A stretch of 64,000 nt of DNA from a virus (IMGVR_UViG_3300042519_001676:20295-84294), one strand, 5' to 3'. Numbered from the stretch's first letter, positions 43,201 through 55,000 are shown. The notes: generated by a model from the sequence alone, not told the origin. Numbers and translations are program-made.

Positions 43201-43941
43201 GTCAACATTTGCACCATCTAAGTATGCACCGCCGCCTGCATCATTGCTGTCAAAACCGTAAGGGTCACCTACCGTAGGGTTTGATCCTTTTGTCAGTACT
43301 GAAAATCGTTCTACATACGGGCTACGTGTTGTGATTTTTGCACCCGGTGCAAACTTAAATGCATATCCCGGTTTGTAAAATCCGCCAACAGTAAAGTCGC
43401 TGATTGTGGTTTCACCGTTTAATAAAAATGCACTCTGTGTATTGGTTGCAGTAGTAGGAGAAACGTATACCTGTCTAAGTCCTGCACCTTTAACTGATAC
43501 TCCAGCTGGTACAGTTAGCGGGAATTCTTCAACGTATGTTCCTGCTAAAATGTTAACCGCAGCATTTGCTCCAACGGCATCTGCAAGTTCTAAACCTCGC
43601 TTTACAGTTCTAACAGCAGATTGCGGCAATTTGCCGCTTGCATTATTGTCACCGTCTTCAGAAACATAGAAATGATGATAATCACTTTTTAATAAATTAA
43701 CACCCTGAACAATTAAATCACCTTGAATGCCCACTCCGCCTGCGACCACTAATGCACCTGTTAGTGAACTAGTAGATGTGGTGGTGTTTATTATGAATAG
43801 TGGACCGCCAAACGTGGATCGGCCCGATGTTGCGATGCCCCCGTGTACAACGAGTGCTCCTGTTGTGGTGCTGGTTGATGTGGCTGTTAAACCATTAAGA
43901 ACTACAGCACCGTTTTTAACGATGAAATCAGCTTGTGCCAC
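37228..43941 (-). CDS. Giant fibre/appendage protein: beta-helix-like region, LamG/ConA-like domain, GALxVxGGxG repeats
   Basis: GTG start; YVSEDGDNN..G; YTVEAWI..WYHVMMSR..GYLDELRIS (LamG); repeated STTTGALVVxGGVG. Confidence 0.75.
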   Translation of the reverse strand: MAQADFIVKNGAVVLNGLTATSTSTTTGALVVHGGIATSGRSTFGGPLFIINTTTSTSSLTGALVVAGGVGIQGDLIVQGVNLLKSDYHHFYVSEDGDNNASGKLPQSAVRTVKRGLELADAVGANAAVNILAGTYVEEFPLTVPAGVSVKGAGLRQVYVSPTTATNTQSAFLLNGETTISDFTVGGFYKPGYAFKFAPGAKITTRSPYVERFSVLTKGSNPTVGDPYGFDSNDAGGGAYLDGANVDPTSLEAAFLFNEATFIVPSSEAVHITNGTRVELLNGFSYFADKGIVGTSGSVGWGGQGRTRLRLANSTGTFTVGHNLHYVGSTGTLLASGLIDEVTSEYVYLDGKASGFVEAADRTGKTINVYNATVISSFERKFGTGAAYFTTDGDLLDIVSDADLQYGFSSYTVEAWIHLTQNNRKQYVVNKGLTPSTTFGLWVGADNKLAGQHGAIAFTSTNTLSTGTWYHVMMSRDLSNTNRLFINGNLEATTTSSANITNADSLTIGGYTGVPTLSLRGYLDELRISTTPRYTGSFTPPTSAYASDNSTTVLLHCDGANLSTSFTDDGLGSQNVYSTTGTYTAAVVASAQQISLADYRQFGGELRSIGSAVVYGNYGIYADGEGIDFKAIAFNMSHIGSGKDFTNDPSLAIQANEIVRLNGAKVYFQTVDHLGDFRVGPEFRINQRTGNVDFGTANFRLGPLSSLTISDGVNTSVLQPTSIQVGQLLLSGSTIQTISGNLTLNPAGSLTTIESDLQVNGALNFTGQILATSVENAVSTTTGALVVRGGVGIAKDLWVGGKATIVGDLVVRGTTTIVNSTQTSIVDPILDLGINPDGTDLTVDDGFDRGLLLHYNTGSGTSTYTRTFLGMDNNSETLIYKTGVITGPAGAYTPSFASSGTWGAAKFGTLELMRTDAGGLLNSGALKVAGGGSFAGDLYANRYFDSTGLIVSTATIGQYVVTQALAGADINIESGITYPGRGVITISNTSTLQTVTQRGSTTTVALTFANVTNSTGTTTGALVVTGGVGVGGNLYASNLYSNGSPVVTESSIGDLGVTALTAGTDTAVSSSTGVIVVWNTSTLDTVANRGSTTTAAITILNTASSTSTTSGALTVRGGVGITGDVYAANIYSNGIQVLTTETDTLESVTMRGAITPYAVTFSNTSQATISGSTKAVGISGGLYVGKKLYVNEFVTFMSSPIVGAIDSRSALTVNGTNQLQSWYDPVGGIVDLLWTGTGLTGYFQLLPAGSQTLALGANDVVKIAGGSSGSNFVGINTATATAQLEVGGDIKAANIYSNGSLVITNASLGTYGVTSLTTGSGIAVNTSTGAVIIESIDTLQLVTERGNSTTNAIIINNNTVSNSTSTGALVVSGGVGIGGQATIETALITVSLKGTPAATAVFENTTASTTTTDGAVVIYGGLGVGKQVRAAELYDSGNRVVTNVNPTAGSGITITDEISVGTATSFTINNTGVIAAVGSTYIGVSSATGIVTFTNLGVQTLTAGTDTSVSRTTGTVVVWNTSTLQSVTNRGATTTNAISISNNTDSNTSTAGALTVAGGVGIGRNLIVGGNAAIYGNLQVFGTQTYVNSTQTVVIDPVLSLGAGIDNTNLNVNDGFDRGVLLHYSTTASSSSTYDNHSFLGMDNASKKLVYKTDIWPGGFQEFPALFSNTGTWGAAQFGSLNLVNTTSATNTVSGALTVAGGAGIGGDLYVGNRIYAAGLEVLTTSSLGSGGIGVSQIFAGTDTAVSSNFGAITIWSTATLDSITSRTSSTNQIIYFNNTSQATNTATGSVQVAGGVSIKKNLYVEGSIFGAPGYIEHSEYAGASPGTNQWIKCLTWSLPNVGDSTTFKIKSAVKATASVVYSDNMDNDVLWVSYVKDAVSTVLGTVYWISESGEAALSVGTTNHTVTYDPISGDFEYWRRSTVAGGRIWTLITEEIPANTAYQTVTPAMIVNSSWAASVTSLGATATIDDPDVTSFEDLTVAGTLTHSGTTANISNNTAALTANIASAATLAATLKTVNIGTAGVATSIANINIGSTITGALGVLTVGSTLTNFRSTQTAINTQSAAVVITGGLAVGDNIVLGDGATTRGILDANIVSNGTFAAAGDAQSGSYILRGLATSTSTFTLTVNNTTATTNNQVILPDNSSYMFKVFATAKSTTSNDEGAWEFSGSISRYAGANTTVVRTVNKTKIWASQAYDVNVVADAVNGGLSVQAIGVASGSVRFVAKVETVEVTT

Positions 43942-43985
43942 TCAGTTTCCCTTTCCACTTGACGGCTTTAAATTTTTAGTATTTA

Positions 43986-46900
43986 TTAAGTCACTATTGC
44001 CATACGCAAAGCTCTAAGATTCATACTTACCGGAGTATAGTTTGGTGTAAAGATAACATTAATATTGCCTGTATTATAAGTAACATCAAAGGTACCTAAT
44101 TCACCCGTGTTTGTAATAATACCATATTGACTGATGTAGACTCCGCTAGTGGCGTTGGACCCGTCGTATGTTACCATTAATTCAACCACATGGAATTTAT
44201 TAGGAGTTCCCAAGTCAACTATCTGTACAAGATACTTAGCTGTAGTAAATTCATTACCTACATATGTGTCAATTGTCACAGCAGAATCATTGCTCTTACC
44301 AATAACGGTTGCAGAACTAATCTGGTTATCAACAACTTTAAAAGTCTGTGCTCTAACTTCGCCGCCTGAAGTAATATTTCCGCCAACTCCAACTCCACCA
44401 ACTACCTGCAATGCCCCTGAAGTAGTTGTGCCTACGTTAGAGTTTGTACCGCCTAGCTTAACTTTGCCGTTGTTAACCTGCAATGCCCACTTGTTAGTAG
44501 CATCAGAACCACCTGTAAATAGTGGTTCGTTATCAATGAATACTGTAGCAGCATTAGTCCATACTGGATTCAATACACCTTGAATAGTTGGACGACCAAT
44601 ACTGTGAATAGCTAACGAATTAGGAGTACCAGATGTTAAAGAATCAACGTAGGTTGATGAACTTAGTATTAAGCCTGCACCTAATGCATTGATTACATCT
44701 TGTGTTACCTGTCCAGATCGAATTAGCTTTCCGCCGATGAATACATCTTTAGCAACGCCAACTCCGCCCTTGACTACTATTGCCCCTGTTGAAGTGTTAA
44801 TTGCAGTGTCAGTGCTTAATACCTGTAGTTCTTTACCTACAAATACTGCACCACCAATGCCAACTCCGCCAACAACTGTTAAGTCACCTGTAGTAGTTGA
44901 TGTAGAACTTGTTCCGCTATTAATACTTGCAGTTTGAATATTAATTCTATTTGCATTAATAGTTTTGCCAACACCTAAGCCACCTGCAATTACCACAGCA
45001 CCGTTATTTGTTGCAGTGCTGTCTATTTCACTAGTAACAACTAGAGTTTCAACAGTTAATGTGTTTACAACAGTTACAAGACCACCAACAGTTAAGTCAC
45101 CTGCAATACCTGCACCGCCACCTACCACTAATGCACCGGTGTCAGTACTGGTACTCTGTGTAGTGTCATATATTTTTGTTTGGCCGCCAATATTGACATT
45201 TTTGCCAATACCAACTCCACCAACAACAGTTAACGCACCCGTGTCAGTGCTGTCAGATTGGGTATCATTTAAGATTCGTAGCGTGCCGCCTAGTGTTTGA
45301 TTGCCACCAACATTAAGATTGCCACCAATGCCCACACCGCCAGATACTGTAACTGCACCAGTGTCAGTACCGTCCGATTGTGTTAAATTAATAAATGCAA
45401 AACTTAATGTAAAGATACCGCCAATATTGTCGTTAACTGTACCAGTTGTAAGGATTCTAGCATTACCAATATAGCCTTCTTCTTCAACATAAAGATATCT
45501 AGTTCCAAGTCCACCTGTAGGAATTTGAACTGCATTGTTAACAATGTTAGTTAACGAGAATGCACCGCTGGTAAATGTTACTGTTGAGCTGGCAAAAGTA
45601 CTGTTACCACTAACAGCAATACCACCTTCAACAATCAATGCACCAGTATCTGCATCAACAGATTCAGTAGCATCGCGTAAAATTAAGCTACCAGCTTCTA
45701 ATGTGCTCCATGTTCCACTATTGTAATAGTTGCCAAATGGGTCGCTACCGGAAACACCAGGAAGAATTTCTTGTTTAAAGATGAATCTTTCTGTGGTATT
45801 TTCTAAGCCAATAAATGCACGATAATCAGTAGCTGTGCTTACAGAATTTTGATAGTGAATCAATAATCCCTTGTCATACACATCTGGAATTGTCAGCATT
45901 GAGCCGTCAATTCCGCCACCAATTTCAATAACAGGATCAACAATATATGTGTTTGTTGAATTAATAGTTACCTGAGTACCTGTGCCCAATAAGAACAAGT
46001 CTCCTTTGATCACAGTTGATCCGTCAACTGTTAATGATCCGCCAAAATATCCGCCGCCCCCAACTATTAATGCATTAGTTGCAGTTGTTCCTGTAGAACT
46101 TCCAACAGCACCAATAATTAAATTCTTTCCAATGCCAACACCGCCGACTACAGTAAATGCCGCAGTGTCAGTGGAGCTTGCTGCTGTGTTATCTAATATT
46201 TCGGCAGTGTTTGCAGACAAGTTACGTTCAACTGTTGCACCGCCTTGAACAATCAATGCACCTGTTCCAAAACCTGTGCTGTCAGTTAAACTAGCTAGCC
46301 ATACTTGATTGTCAAATCTTGCAACACCGGTTACGCCTAATCCGCCGCCGTTTGTTACTTGTAAACTGTTGCCGCCAACTGTGGCAGTGTTAGAGTTGCC
46401 GCTGACAAAGAAACCGTTTTGTGCATAAATGTCTTTGCCTACACCTAAACCGCCCTTGACAGTCAATGCCCCCGTTGATGTAGATAATGAATTAATAGTA
46501 CTTAGGAAAGTTCCTGTAGTTTCACCTACAAAATAACCACCTAAGTATAAGTTTCCGCCAATACCAGCACCGCCATTATTGTCAACTACTAACGCACCCG
46601 TTACTGTGCTGTAGGACTGTGTAGAAGTAGTAATACGAATTCCGTCTGGGAATTCAACAAGTCCTACGTTTTGTGTTGCACGAGTTAAAATTTCGCTGCT
46701 ATTTAATGCCCACGGTCCAAATAAACTACCGCCGCCATAACCGACCATACCGTTATTAAAGCTAATTCCGCCAGCAACCTGCAGGGCTTGACTAGAAGTA
46801 GTTGAAGTATTGCCGCTTGTTTCTCCCAAGAACATTGTTCCAGAAGTAATATACAATGACCATGCTTTTTCAATTGTTAAATTAGTACCAGCTGCTGGTG

Positions 46901-47240
46901 CACCTTTAACGTATATACTGGCAGCATTTGTATATGTTGCATTTTCACTGATTGTATCAAGTACTGAACTACCAAAATAGTTTACAATACCCCAAGTAGT
47001 TCTACCGGTGATTAATTCATCGGTGAATGTAGCATCTCTTAAAGAAAGTTGAGCACCTATACTGTGTTCACGCCCTTGTGCGACATTGCCGTGTCGTTTA
47101 ATAGATCCGCCGACGTTGATGTTTCCGCCTACGCCCGCACCGCCGGCGACAATTAAAGCACCGGAAGAAGTTGCTAGTGACTGTGCAATTCCTTCTGCTA
47201 CTATGCCTTGCTTGACGACGAAATCTTTTATTTGTGCCAT
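43986..47240 (-). CDS. Fibre-like structural protein with GALxVxGGxGIG repeats
   Basis: More than 12 repeats; C-terminal IDT..TAKYLVQI..SQYGIIT domain. Confidence 0.75.
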   Translation of the reverse strand: MAQIKDFVVKQGIVAEGIAQSLATSSGALIVAGGAGVGGNINVGGSIKRHGNVAQGREHSIGAQLSLRDATFTDELITGRTTWGIVNYFGSSVLDTISENATYTNAASIYVKGAPAAGTNLTIEKAWSLYITSGTMFLGETSGNTSTTSSQALQVAGGISFNNGMVGYGGGSLFGPWALNSSEILTRATQNVGLVEFPDGIRITTSTQSYSTVTGALVVDNNGGAGIGGNLYLGGYFVGETTGTFLSTINSLSTSTGALTVKGGLGVGKDIYAQNGFFVSGNSNTATVGGNSLQVTNGGGLGVTGVARFDNQVWLASLTDSTGFGTGALIVQGGATVERNLSANTAEILDNTAASSTDTAAFTVVGGVGIGKNLIIGAVGSSTGTTATNALIVGGGGYFGGSLTVDGSTVIKGDLFLLGTGTQVTINSTNTYIVDPVIEIGGGIDGSMLTIPDVYDKGLLIHYQNSVSTATDYRAFIGLENTTERFIFKQEILPGVSGSDPFGNYYNSGTWSTLEAGSLILRDATESVDADTGALIVEGGIAVSGNSTFASSTVTFTSGAFSLTNIVNNAVQIPTGGLGTRYLYVEEEGYIGNARILTTGTVNDNIGGIFTLSFAFINLTQSDGTDTGAVTVSGGVGIGGNLNVGGNQTLGGTLRILNDTQSDSTDTGALTVVGGVGIGKNVNIGGQTKIYDTTQSTSTDTGALVVGGGAGIAGDLTVGGLVTVVNTLTVETLVVTSEIDSTATNNGAVVIAGGLGVGKTINANRINIQTASINSGTSSTSTTTGDLTVVGGVGIGGAVFVGKELQVLSTDTAINTSTGAIVVKGGVGVAKDVFIGGKLIRSGQVTQDVINALGAGLILSSSTYVDSLTSGTPNSLAIHSIGRPTIQGVLNPVWTNAATVFIDNEPLFTGGSDATNKWALQVNNGKVKLGGTNSNVGTTTSGALQVVGGVGVGGNITSGGEVRAQTFKVVDNQISSATVIGKSNDSAVTIDTYVGNEFTTAKYLVQIVDLGTPNKFHVVELMVTYDGSNATSGVYISQYGIITNTGELGTFDVTYNTGNINVIFTPNYTPVSMNLRALRMAIVT

Positions 47241-47254
47241 CTGTTGTTCCTTTG

Positions 47255-49000
47255 TTACCTACTGATGCTAGTTCTTACTGTTTTAACTTGCTTAGCCGAT
47301 GTAGCGTCTGCTGTGAATAACAATCGTACTAGACCATTGCCTCCTATATTATAATCCACATCAAACTCTCCCACTGTGCCTCCTGTAGTAATAATACCGT
47401 ATTCTGATTTGTAAACGTTTCCATTATTATCCACTAATACAACTATTTCTACCACATGAAACTTTGCACTTGTTCCTACTCCGTCAGCTATCTGAATTAA
47501 AAGCTTCGCAGTCCTATAATTTGCAGCAGGAAAACTGTCTATTACCGTAGTACTTGTGTTATTTATGCTGGTACTGCGTGTAAACAGTTGACCGTCTCCA
47601 AAACGGACACTTCCTGCTACTTGTAATTTGTCTACGCCGTTGTCGGTTTGGGCTCCTACAAGCAAATTTCCTGTGCTTTTTGTAATAGCCAATCGATAAA
47701 CGTTTTGTGTGTCATTATATAAAGTTAGGCCACCTTCGTTTAAGTTAGCACCTGCCTGACCTTCAAAGTTATTTCCGCCTACTCTCCATGTGTAGCTCTG
47801 GCCGTTAGTGGCCGTGTTACGCATTCTAAAATAAACGCTATCCGTCTGTACTCGAGATTCTAAAGTAATGCTCTCGCCAACATATAAGTCGCCGCCAATA
47901 CCTGCACCGCCCCACACTTGTAACGCACCGGAATAGGTGTTTGTGGCTTCTGCTGGATTTCTAATTCTCAACGGTGCTGATATTTCGCCGCCGTTCCAAT
48001 ACAGATTATCAAGCGGTTCGCCTTCGGCAAAGTATCTTTGTGCATAGATATCACCATTAAATCCTGCACCGCCCTGAACAATCAATGCACCAGTGAACGT
48101 ACTAGTTGCGGAAGTTAGATCGTATATTCTTACAGGGCCGCCAATGTTCATATTGTCGCCAATACCAACACCGCCTGCAACTACAAGAGCACCGCTGTCT
48201 GTAGTTGTAGAAGTTTCTGTGCTAGTTAATCTTAATTTGTTTGCAACAAACGATCCAGTGCTTTCAATTTCTGTAAAAACGCCTTTACCCGGAATACGAG
48301 TACCAATATCAGTTGCATCAATTAACTTATTTGTGATATCTTGATTTTTAGTATCAGCAATAATCTGATACCAATTTACCGGAGCAGTACCTAATGTACT
48401 AGTGGCTTTAAAATCGTTATAAAAATAACGACCAGATAACGTATCACCGTTAATAACGCTAACGATGGCTGCTGCCATTTCTTCAGCAGTATTGGTATCT
48501 GCTGATCTTGCCCATGTGCCATTACTGCCTGATCCTAAGAAACTGACCACATATATACCGTTAGTTGCAGTATTAGTCTGTGCTCTGACCAAAACACGAT
48601 CATTTAATTCTAAAGCGTAGCCATCAGCCTCAATTGGTGCACCTCCAATTAAATCAATGTTAGCTGTAGTTGCTGCCTGCACTGGTCCTTTAAATGCAGT
48701 TTGTGCATCTAAGCTAGGAATAACCACTTCGCCGTATAGATATAATGTGCCAGTTCCGTTGGGTCTGTAGATTACATCGCCATCGGGTATTGTACTTGAA
48801 ATAAAGTTTGCTGTATTAGTAAATGTAAACTCAATTCGACCTAGACTAGAAGAATATGTTGTTTGACTGTTTGCAGTTATTAGCGTGTAACCAGTTGAAG
48901 TTGTAGGAGTATTACCCAACGCGGCCTGGGCTTGACCTAATGTGATATAGCCCGACGGGGAGGTCGGGTTTCTAACTGCTCCGCTTAATAATGATGCCAC
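47255..49000 (-). CDS. Fibre-like structural protein
   Basis: GTG start; VQAATTANI..DRVLVRAQT..NGIYVV fibre domain; three GAL repeats; same C-terminal domain as the 1084-aa protein. Confidence 0.75.
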   Translation of the reverse strand: MASLLSGAVRNPTSPSGYITLGQAQAALGNTPTTSTGYTLITANSQTTYSSSLGRIEFTFTNTANFISSTIPDGDVIYRPNGTGTLYLYGEVVIPSLDAQTAFKGPVQAATTANIDLIGGAPIEADGYALELNDRVLVRAQTNTATNGIYVVSFLGSGSNGTWARSADTNTAEEMAAAIVSVINGDTLSGRYFYNDFKATSTLGTAPVNWYQIIADTKNQDITNKLIDATDIGTRIPGKGVFTEIESTGSFVANKLRLTSTETSTTTDSGALVVAGGVGIGDNMNIGGPVRIYDLTSATSTFTGALIVQGGAGFNGDIYAQRYFAEGEPLDNLYWNGGEISAPLRIRNPAEATNTYSGALQVWGGAGIGGDLYVGESITLESRVQTDSVYFRMRNTATNGQSYTWRVGGNNFEGQAGANLNEGGLTLYNDTQNVYRLAITKSTGNLLVGAQTDNGVDKLQVAGSVRFGDGQLFTRSTSINNTSTTVIDSFPAANYRTAKLLIQIADGVGTSAKFHVVEIVVLVDNNGNVYKSEYGIITTGGTVGEFDVDYNIGGNGLVRLLFTADATSAKQVKTVRTSISR

Positions 49001-49001
49001 G

Positions 49002-52000
49002 TTATGCTCCTACAACCAAGATAAACGGTGTCATTTCAGCATACAAACTCTTTTGGAAAGTTCGTCCGCTTAGAACGCCTGTACTCTGGCTAATAACCAG
49101 TGTAGGTCCGATTCGGAAGTCGCCATTTTGATCTGTTGAAGTAAAGAACACCTTACCATTATTTAACTGAACTACTTCTTTGCTCTGTTGAGGGTCAGCA
49201 GTACCAACTTGAGGCAATGCCCCGTACTGTGTACCTGCACCAACATATTCAAACAAATAGCCAGAAGCAGAAATATAACTCTGTTGATAGAATCTAACAC
49301 TTGCACCATCAATAAACAATGTTGGGTCAGTTACGTTCTGTTCTAGTCTCACTAAATGATACTGCCCTTTACGCAAGAAGTATCCATTACCAGTGTTTAC
49401 AGAATTATAGTTTCCGCCATAGATTAGATCGTATCCCACTGCGTCTACAATTGCACCAGTGTCTCTAAAACATTTTGCTCTATCATAATTTGTTGCATCA
49501 GTAAACACTGCATCAATATATGCCACAACTTCTGCTTGAACAAAAGCTCTGTTTGCTAACAAGATACTAAACGAGTTTACAACCGCAGTGCTAGTGCTTG
49601 CTACTGCACTGATCGGCTCTTGTGTAGGTGCAACGCCTGGACCATTTTCAATGATGTTTGTGATATTATCAATTTTTGCCTGCACTAAACTTACTTCAGC
49701 AGGAGTACCTACTGCTGAAGACAATACTTGTGGAACTTTCTTTTGATAAGTTACTGGAATTGCAGTACCTTGAATTATTTTATCAACCAGTTCTCTAATG
49801 TAATTGTATGCCGCAGTTGTCTGAGGAATCTGATCGTCAATAGCAGTGTCAGCTGCATTAAATCCGTAGTAGTAAACTCCGGAAGTAACACTTTGTCTGT
49901 TACCTCCGTGTTGTAAATCAAAACCAATGCTGTCAACAATATAGCCTATATCTCTTCTGCATTTTGTTCTGTCGTATTCAAATTCAGTATTGTCTAAATC
50001 AATTCTTGCAATAACTTCATCTTTAATAAAATTTGCATTTGCTTCTAATAAATCAATCGCTGTTACAATATCGGTACTAGTTTGAACCACACCGTTAGGC
50101 ACAATTATGTCAGTTACTCCGCCTGTCCCATTTGATAAGATGTTGAGAATAACATCTACATTGCCAGTTAACACGCCCGCAATGCCTTCAGTGCTGGATG
50201 GAAGATTTGTTACTTGTACAGTATTATTTCCAGTAGTTGCAACAACAGTGTTATTCAACACAATATCTCCAACTACTTGTTTTAGGTATCTAATAGCGTT
50301 AGTTGTAGTGGTAATTTCACCTCGAATGGTTCCTACGTATGTATCTTGATTCCAATATTGCAGACCTGCAAATGTGCTTTCAGTAGTACCTTCATATAAT
50401 AGGTCAAAAGCAATACTGTCAACAATCAATCCTGTGTCTCTTCGACACTTAGTTTTATCGTATAAGAATCCAGTGTTATATTCGTTGTTGATAAATGCGA
50501 TTGTTTCTGCACGAATAAAATCTCTGTTAGCATTTAATAAATTTGCCGCATTAATTACAGAAGTGCTAGTGCTTCTTGTGAGTGCAATTGGTTCTTTTGC
50601 TAATACTTCGTCTGGACCGTATTCAATTATATTGTTAATTAAATTAACATTACTCTTTATTAGGTCTGCTTCAACGGTAGTACCTGTTAGTGTTGATACT
50701 ACCTGTACTACTGTACTTTGTTGGGGCTCAGCAATTAAGGTACCTGTAACGATATCAGAGACAATTTGTTCAATAAAATTGTAAGCACTGGTTGTCTGAG
50801 GAATTTCATTTGGAATAGCTGTGCTATCTTCTAGGTAGCCGTAGTAATAAACTCCGCTTTGAACCGATTGTTTATTGCCGCCATATAGAACGTCAAAGCT
50901 GACGCTATCAATCATATAACCAACATCTCTAAAACACTTGTCTTTGTCGTATACGAACCCTGTGAATGTGCTATCAATATAAGCAATGATTTCGTCTTTG
51001 ATAAATTCTCTGTTAGCTACTAACAAATCGTATGCACGATCTGCATTTGTATCAGTGCTTGGAGTTAGACTAATAGGAAATAGTTCGCTTGCTGCTGCTG
51101 GACCGTTGTTAATAATGTTTGTAATTTTATCAACTTTAGCTTGTGCCGCAGTAATCTGTGCAGTACTTGAAGGCAGCATATAGGTAACTTGGATAGTGCT
51201 GTTACCTAAACTTGGAGTAATAGTAACTCCAGTTAAAATACTTGGTAATATTTCTTTTATTCTATTATATGCTGCGGTAGTCTGCGGAATTTCATTTGGT
51301 ACCGCAGTAGAGGTGCTATCATAACCGTAGTAAAGAACTCCGCTTTGAACAGCTTGTTTATTACCGCCGTGCAACAAGTCAAATGCAACACTGTCAACCA
51401 TGTAGCCTACATCTCTTGCACACTTAGTTTGATCGTATTCAAACTCAGCAGTTTTTGTATCTTCAACATATGCAATTGCTTCTGCTACTAGATACGGTTT
51501 ATTTGCTATCAATAAATTATAAGCATTAACGGTAGCAGTAGTAATGCTTCTTCTGCCATTAGGAACAATTATATCAGTAACGCCAGCAGTACCAGTTGAA
51601 AGGATATTTAAAATAACTCCAAAATCAGTGCCTACTGCTACTGCATCTAAAATTCCGCCCGATGCTGTAGAAGTAGTTTGTGTCACAGTGCTTTGATATC
51701 TAGTACCCGATAGGTCACCAACTACAACTTTTTGTGCTATTGAACTGACATGTATAATTGCATTAGTGGTAGTGGTAATTTCTTCAGCAATTGACCCAAC
51801 ATAATTGCTTTGATTCCAATATTGCAGTCCAGCAAAATTGCTTTGGCTATCAGTGGCTGTTGGATATAATAAATCTAATGCAATACTGTCAACAATAAGA
51901 CCTGTGTCTCTTGCACACTTAACAGAATCGTAAACAAAGTTTGCATTGGCTTCAACCCATGCTACCGTTTCGTGCTGTAGATAATTTCTATTTTGTTGCA

Positions 52001-55000
52001 ATAAATTATATGCAGCTAATCTAGCAGATGCCGTTGATGCAGATAATGCGTTAGGAACAATCTTATCAGTAATTCCATCTGTACCGTTATCTAAAATATC
52101 AACAATTACATTAAAGTTAGTTCCTACCACAGCAGAAATCAAACTTGTAGAACTTGTAATAGTACTTACTACTTGAGTTACTGTGCTTTGATAGTTATAT
52201 GTTGAAGTAGTATTTGTTACTACTTTCTGTGCAAGTGATTTTAAGTACTTAACTGCATTAGTAGTAGTTGTCTGCTCGCCCGGTATAACAGTTAGACCTT
52301 GATTCCAGTATTGAATTCCGGCAAAAGTACTTTGACTTGTTCCGTTGAATAATAAATCTTGTGCTAAACTGTCAACAATTAATCCAGTGTCTCTACTACA
52401 CTTCACTGGGTCGTAACTAAATTTACTTGGCCAGATACTGTCCACAAATGCCACTGTTTCGTTTTGAATAAACAGTCTATTCTTATCAAGTAACTTCTTA
52501 GCGTTTAAAATATTTTGATTTGTGTCAACATATTGTCTCGGACGTTGGATAGCCGGACTAGAGTCAGCACCATTTATAATGATGTCAGCAATTATATCAA
52601 ATTTTTCGCCTAGACTAGGCACAGCGTCGATGCCACCTGTTAAGGATGCGTCAAATATCTGTTGATATTCTGATTGGTATGTTCCAGAGTCGTAAGTTTC
52701 GTTAATGTATGCAATTACTTCTTCCTGAATAAATGCTCTATTAGCGTTTAGTAATCGATAAGCATTGTACACATTAGGATCGACTGACTCAGTTAAACTA
52801 ATTGGAACTTTAATTTCGGCAACTGATGGTCCACTGTTGATAATATTAGTAATATGGTCAATTAAAGTCTCAACCACAAGAACTTCGGTATCGGTAGCTG
52901 CATCTAAATTAGTAACTTGATCAAGGTACGTTTGGTATGTTGAAGTGGTAACACCTTTAAGAACAAACGGCATTAACTGCTTGATATAATTATAAGCCGC
53001 AGTAGTCTGAGGAATTTCTCCTTCAATGGCTGTGCTAGATGCATTGTATCCGTAATAATAAACACCGCTTTGAATTGCCTGCCTATTGCTTGCCTGATTT
53101 CCATTAGGATGTATTAAATCAAATGCAACACTGTCAACCATATAGCCAACATCTCTGTAGCATTTTACAGAATCATATGTAAATCCCGGAGCTTTTGTAT
53201 ATTCTACAAACGCAACTGCTTCTGTTTGAATATATGATCTGTTTGCAACTAACAGTGAGTACGCATTAACTATGTTTGTTGCAGTAGATTGATCTCCGTT
53301 TGGCACAATTCTATCACTTACTCCTGCAATTCCATCTATAATAATATCAATAATAACTTCAAAATCGTCAGATACAATACCAGCTTCAACTGCGGTTGCA
53401 AAATCTCCTACAACATTTTGAGAAACAGTACTTTGGTATCTTGTTCCTGTTGTAATTCCTTGTACAATTTCTCGTGTAAGTTCCTGCACGTATCGAATTG
53501 CATTTGTGGTTGTGGTAATTTCGTCTGTAATTTCGTTAATGTAGTTTTCTTGATTCCAATATTGTAATCCTGCAAAATTACTTTGACTTAATTCAGGTGT
53601 TGGGTATAACAAGTCAAGTGCTAGTGCATCTACAATTAGTCCAGTATCTCGTTTACATTTGGCCTGATTATAAACTAGACCAGTAATTTCTTCGTTTTGT
53701 ATTATTTTCAATGCTAGTTTTTTAGCATAGCTGATTGCTAAACTAGTAGTAGTTTCTTGTCCAGGAACCAACGTCACTTCTGTAGTAACAGTTGACGACA
53801 GACTAGTATCAATAGAACTAGACAGTACTGTATAATAGGCATTGCCGCAGAAATACAAATTAAAATAGTTAGCATTAGCTAAGTCAGTATAACCTGTTAA
53901 GATAGGTGTGTCTAATGTTATAGAACGATAATTAACGTCAACTACCTGTGTTCCGGTAGTAATGTACGGCTGTCCAGTAACTGGATGTGTTTCCATTCCT
54001 AGTACATCTCGAACATACAAAGTATGACCAACTGCAATACTAGTAACATCGATGTCGTTAATAGTATAACTACCAGTTGTGATAGTAGAGGTGTTGGAAG
54101 TAACCGCTAGATATCCCGGATATCCTGCTTCGTTAACATACGGAACACGATTACCTTCATAATTTATATATGTGTCAGGTGGAACAACTTCCATAACCTG
54201 ACCAATGTGAGGACGATCGCGGTCATTAGGAATGAATACTTCCATTATCTGTTTTTGAGGCCAGTAACCTAAAGGATAGTATTCACCGTTTGGTACGTTG
54301 GTAGGGTATGCAGGGTTTCTAATAAATCCCTGGAAGGCCAGTTTTCCTAATCCCTTTGCAGTTAAACAAGTGTCGCCGAAGTTGGCGTTAGAGTTAGTAA
54401 TAGAAGCAATGCCTCCGTTCTCAACAATAACAGCCTGACTACACATAATCGTAAACACAGATACAAGCTGTGCGTATCCGTTGTTAATAATATGAATGCC
54501 GATGCCGCCTTGATTCAACTGTGTAAACGCATCAAAAACAAACGACTGAATAGGCGAACGTAAGCTAGGAGCATTACCGTCAACAAGGGCACCGCCTCCA
54601 GATCCTTCTGGGTTTAATCGACGGTCAACATATTTGTCGCCGTCGTCAGCGGTCCATATTGCAGGAATGTCTGCATCTAAGTAAGGATAGGTTGTGGTAT
54701 ATCCAAAATATACAGTTGCATTATCGCTTGGACTTACTGTAGAAGTACTAAGAGTGATAACATAGGTGTTGGTAGTCAACTGTGTTATTTCAGTAACAGT
54801 ACTTGCAACGTTTACGTTATTTGGACTTAGCCCGGTTGGATAAATCAATCCTAGTAAATCTGCTGTAGGTGTGTCTGGTGCTGCTGCTTCTCCATCTACA
54901 ATAATATTTTTAATCAAATCATAACTTGATGCAGCTCTAGTATAGACTACTTGTCCTTTATCAAGGTTTAAATTAATAACTTGATTTGATAATGTACTGT

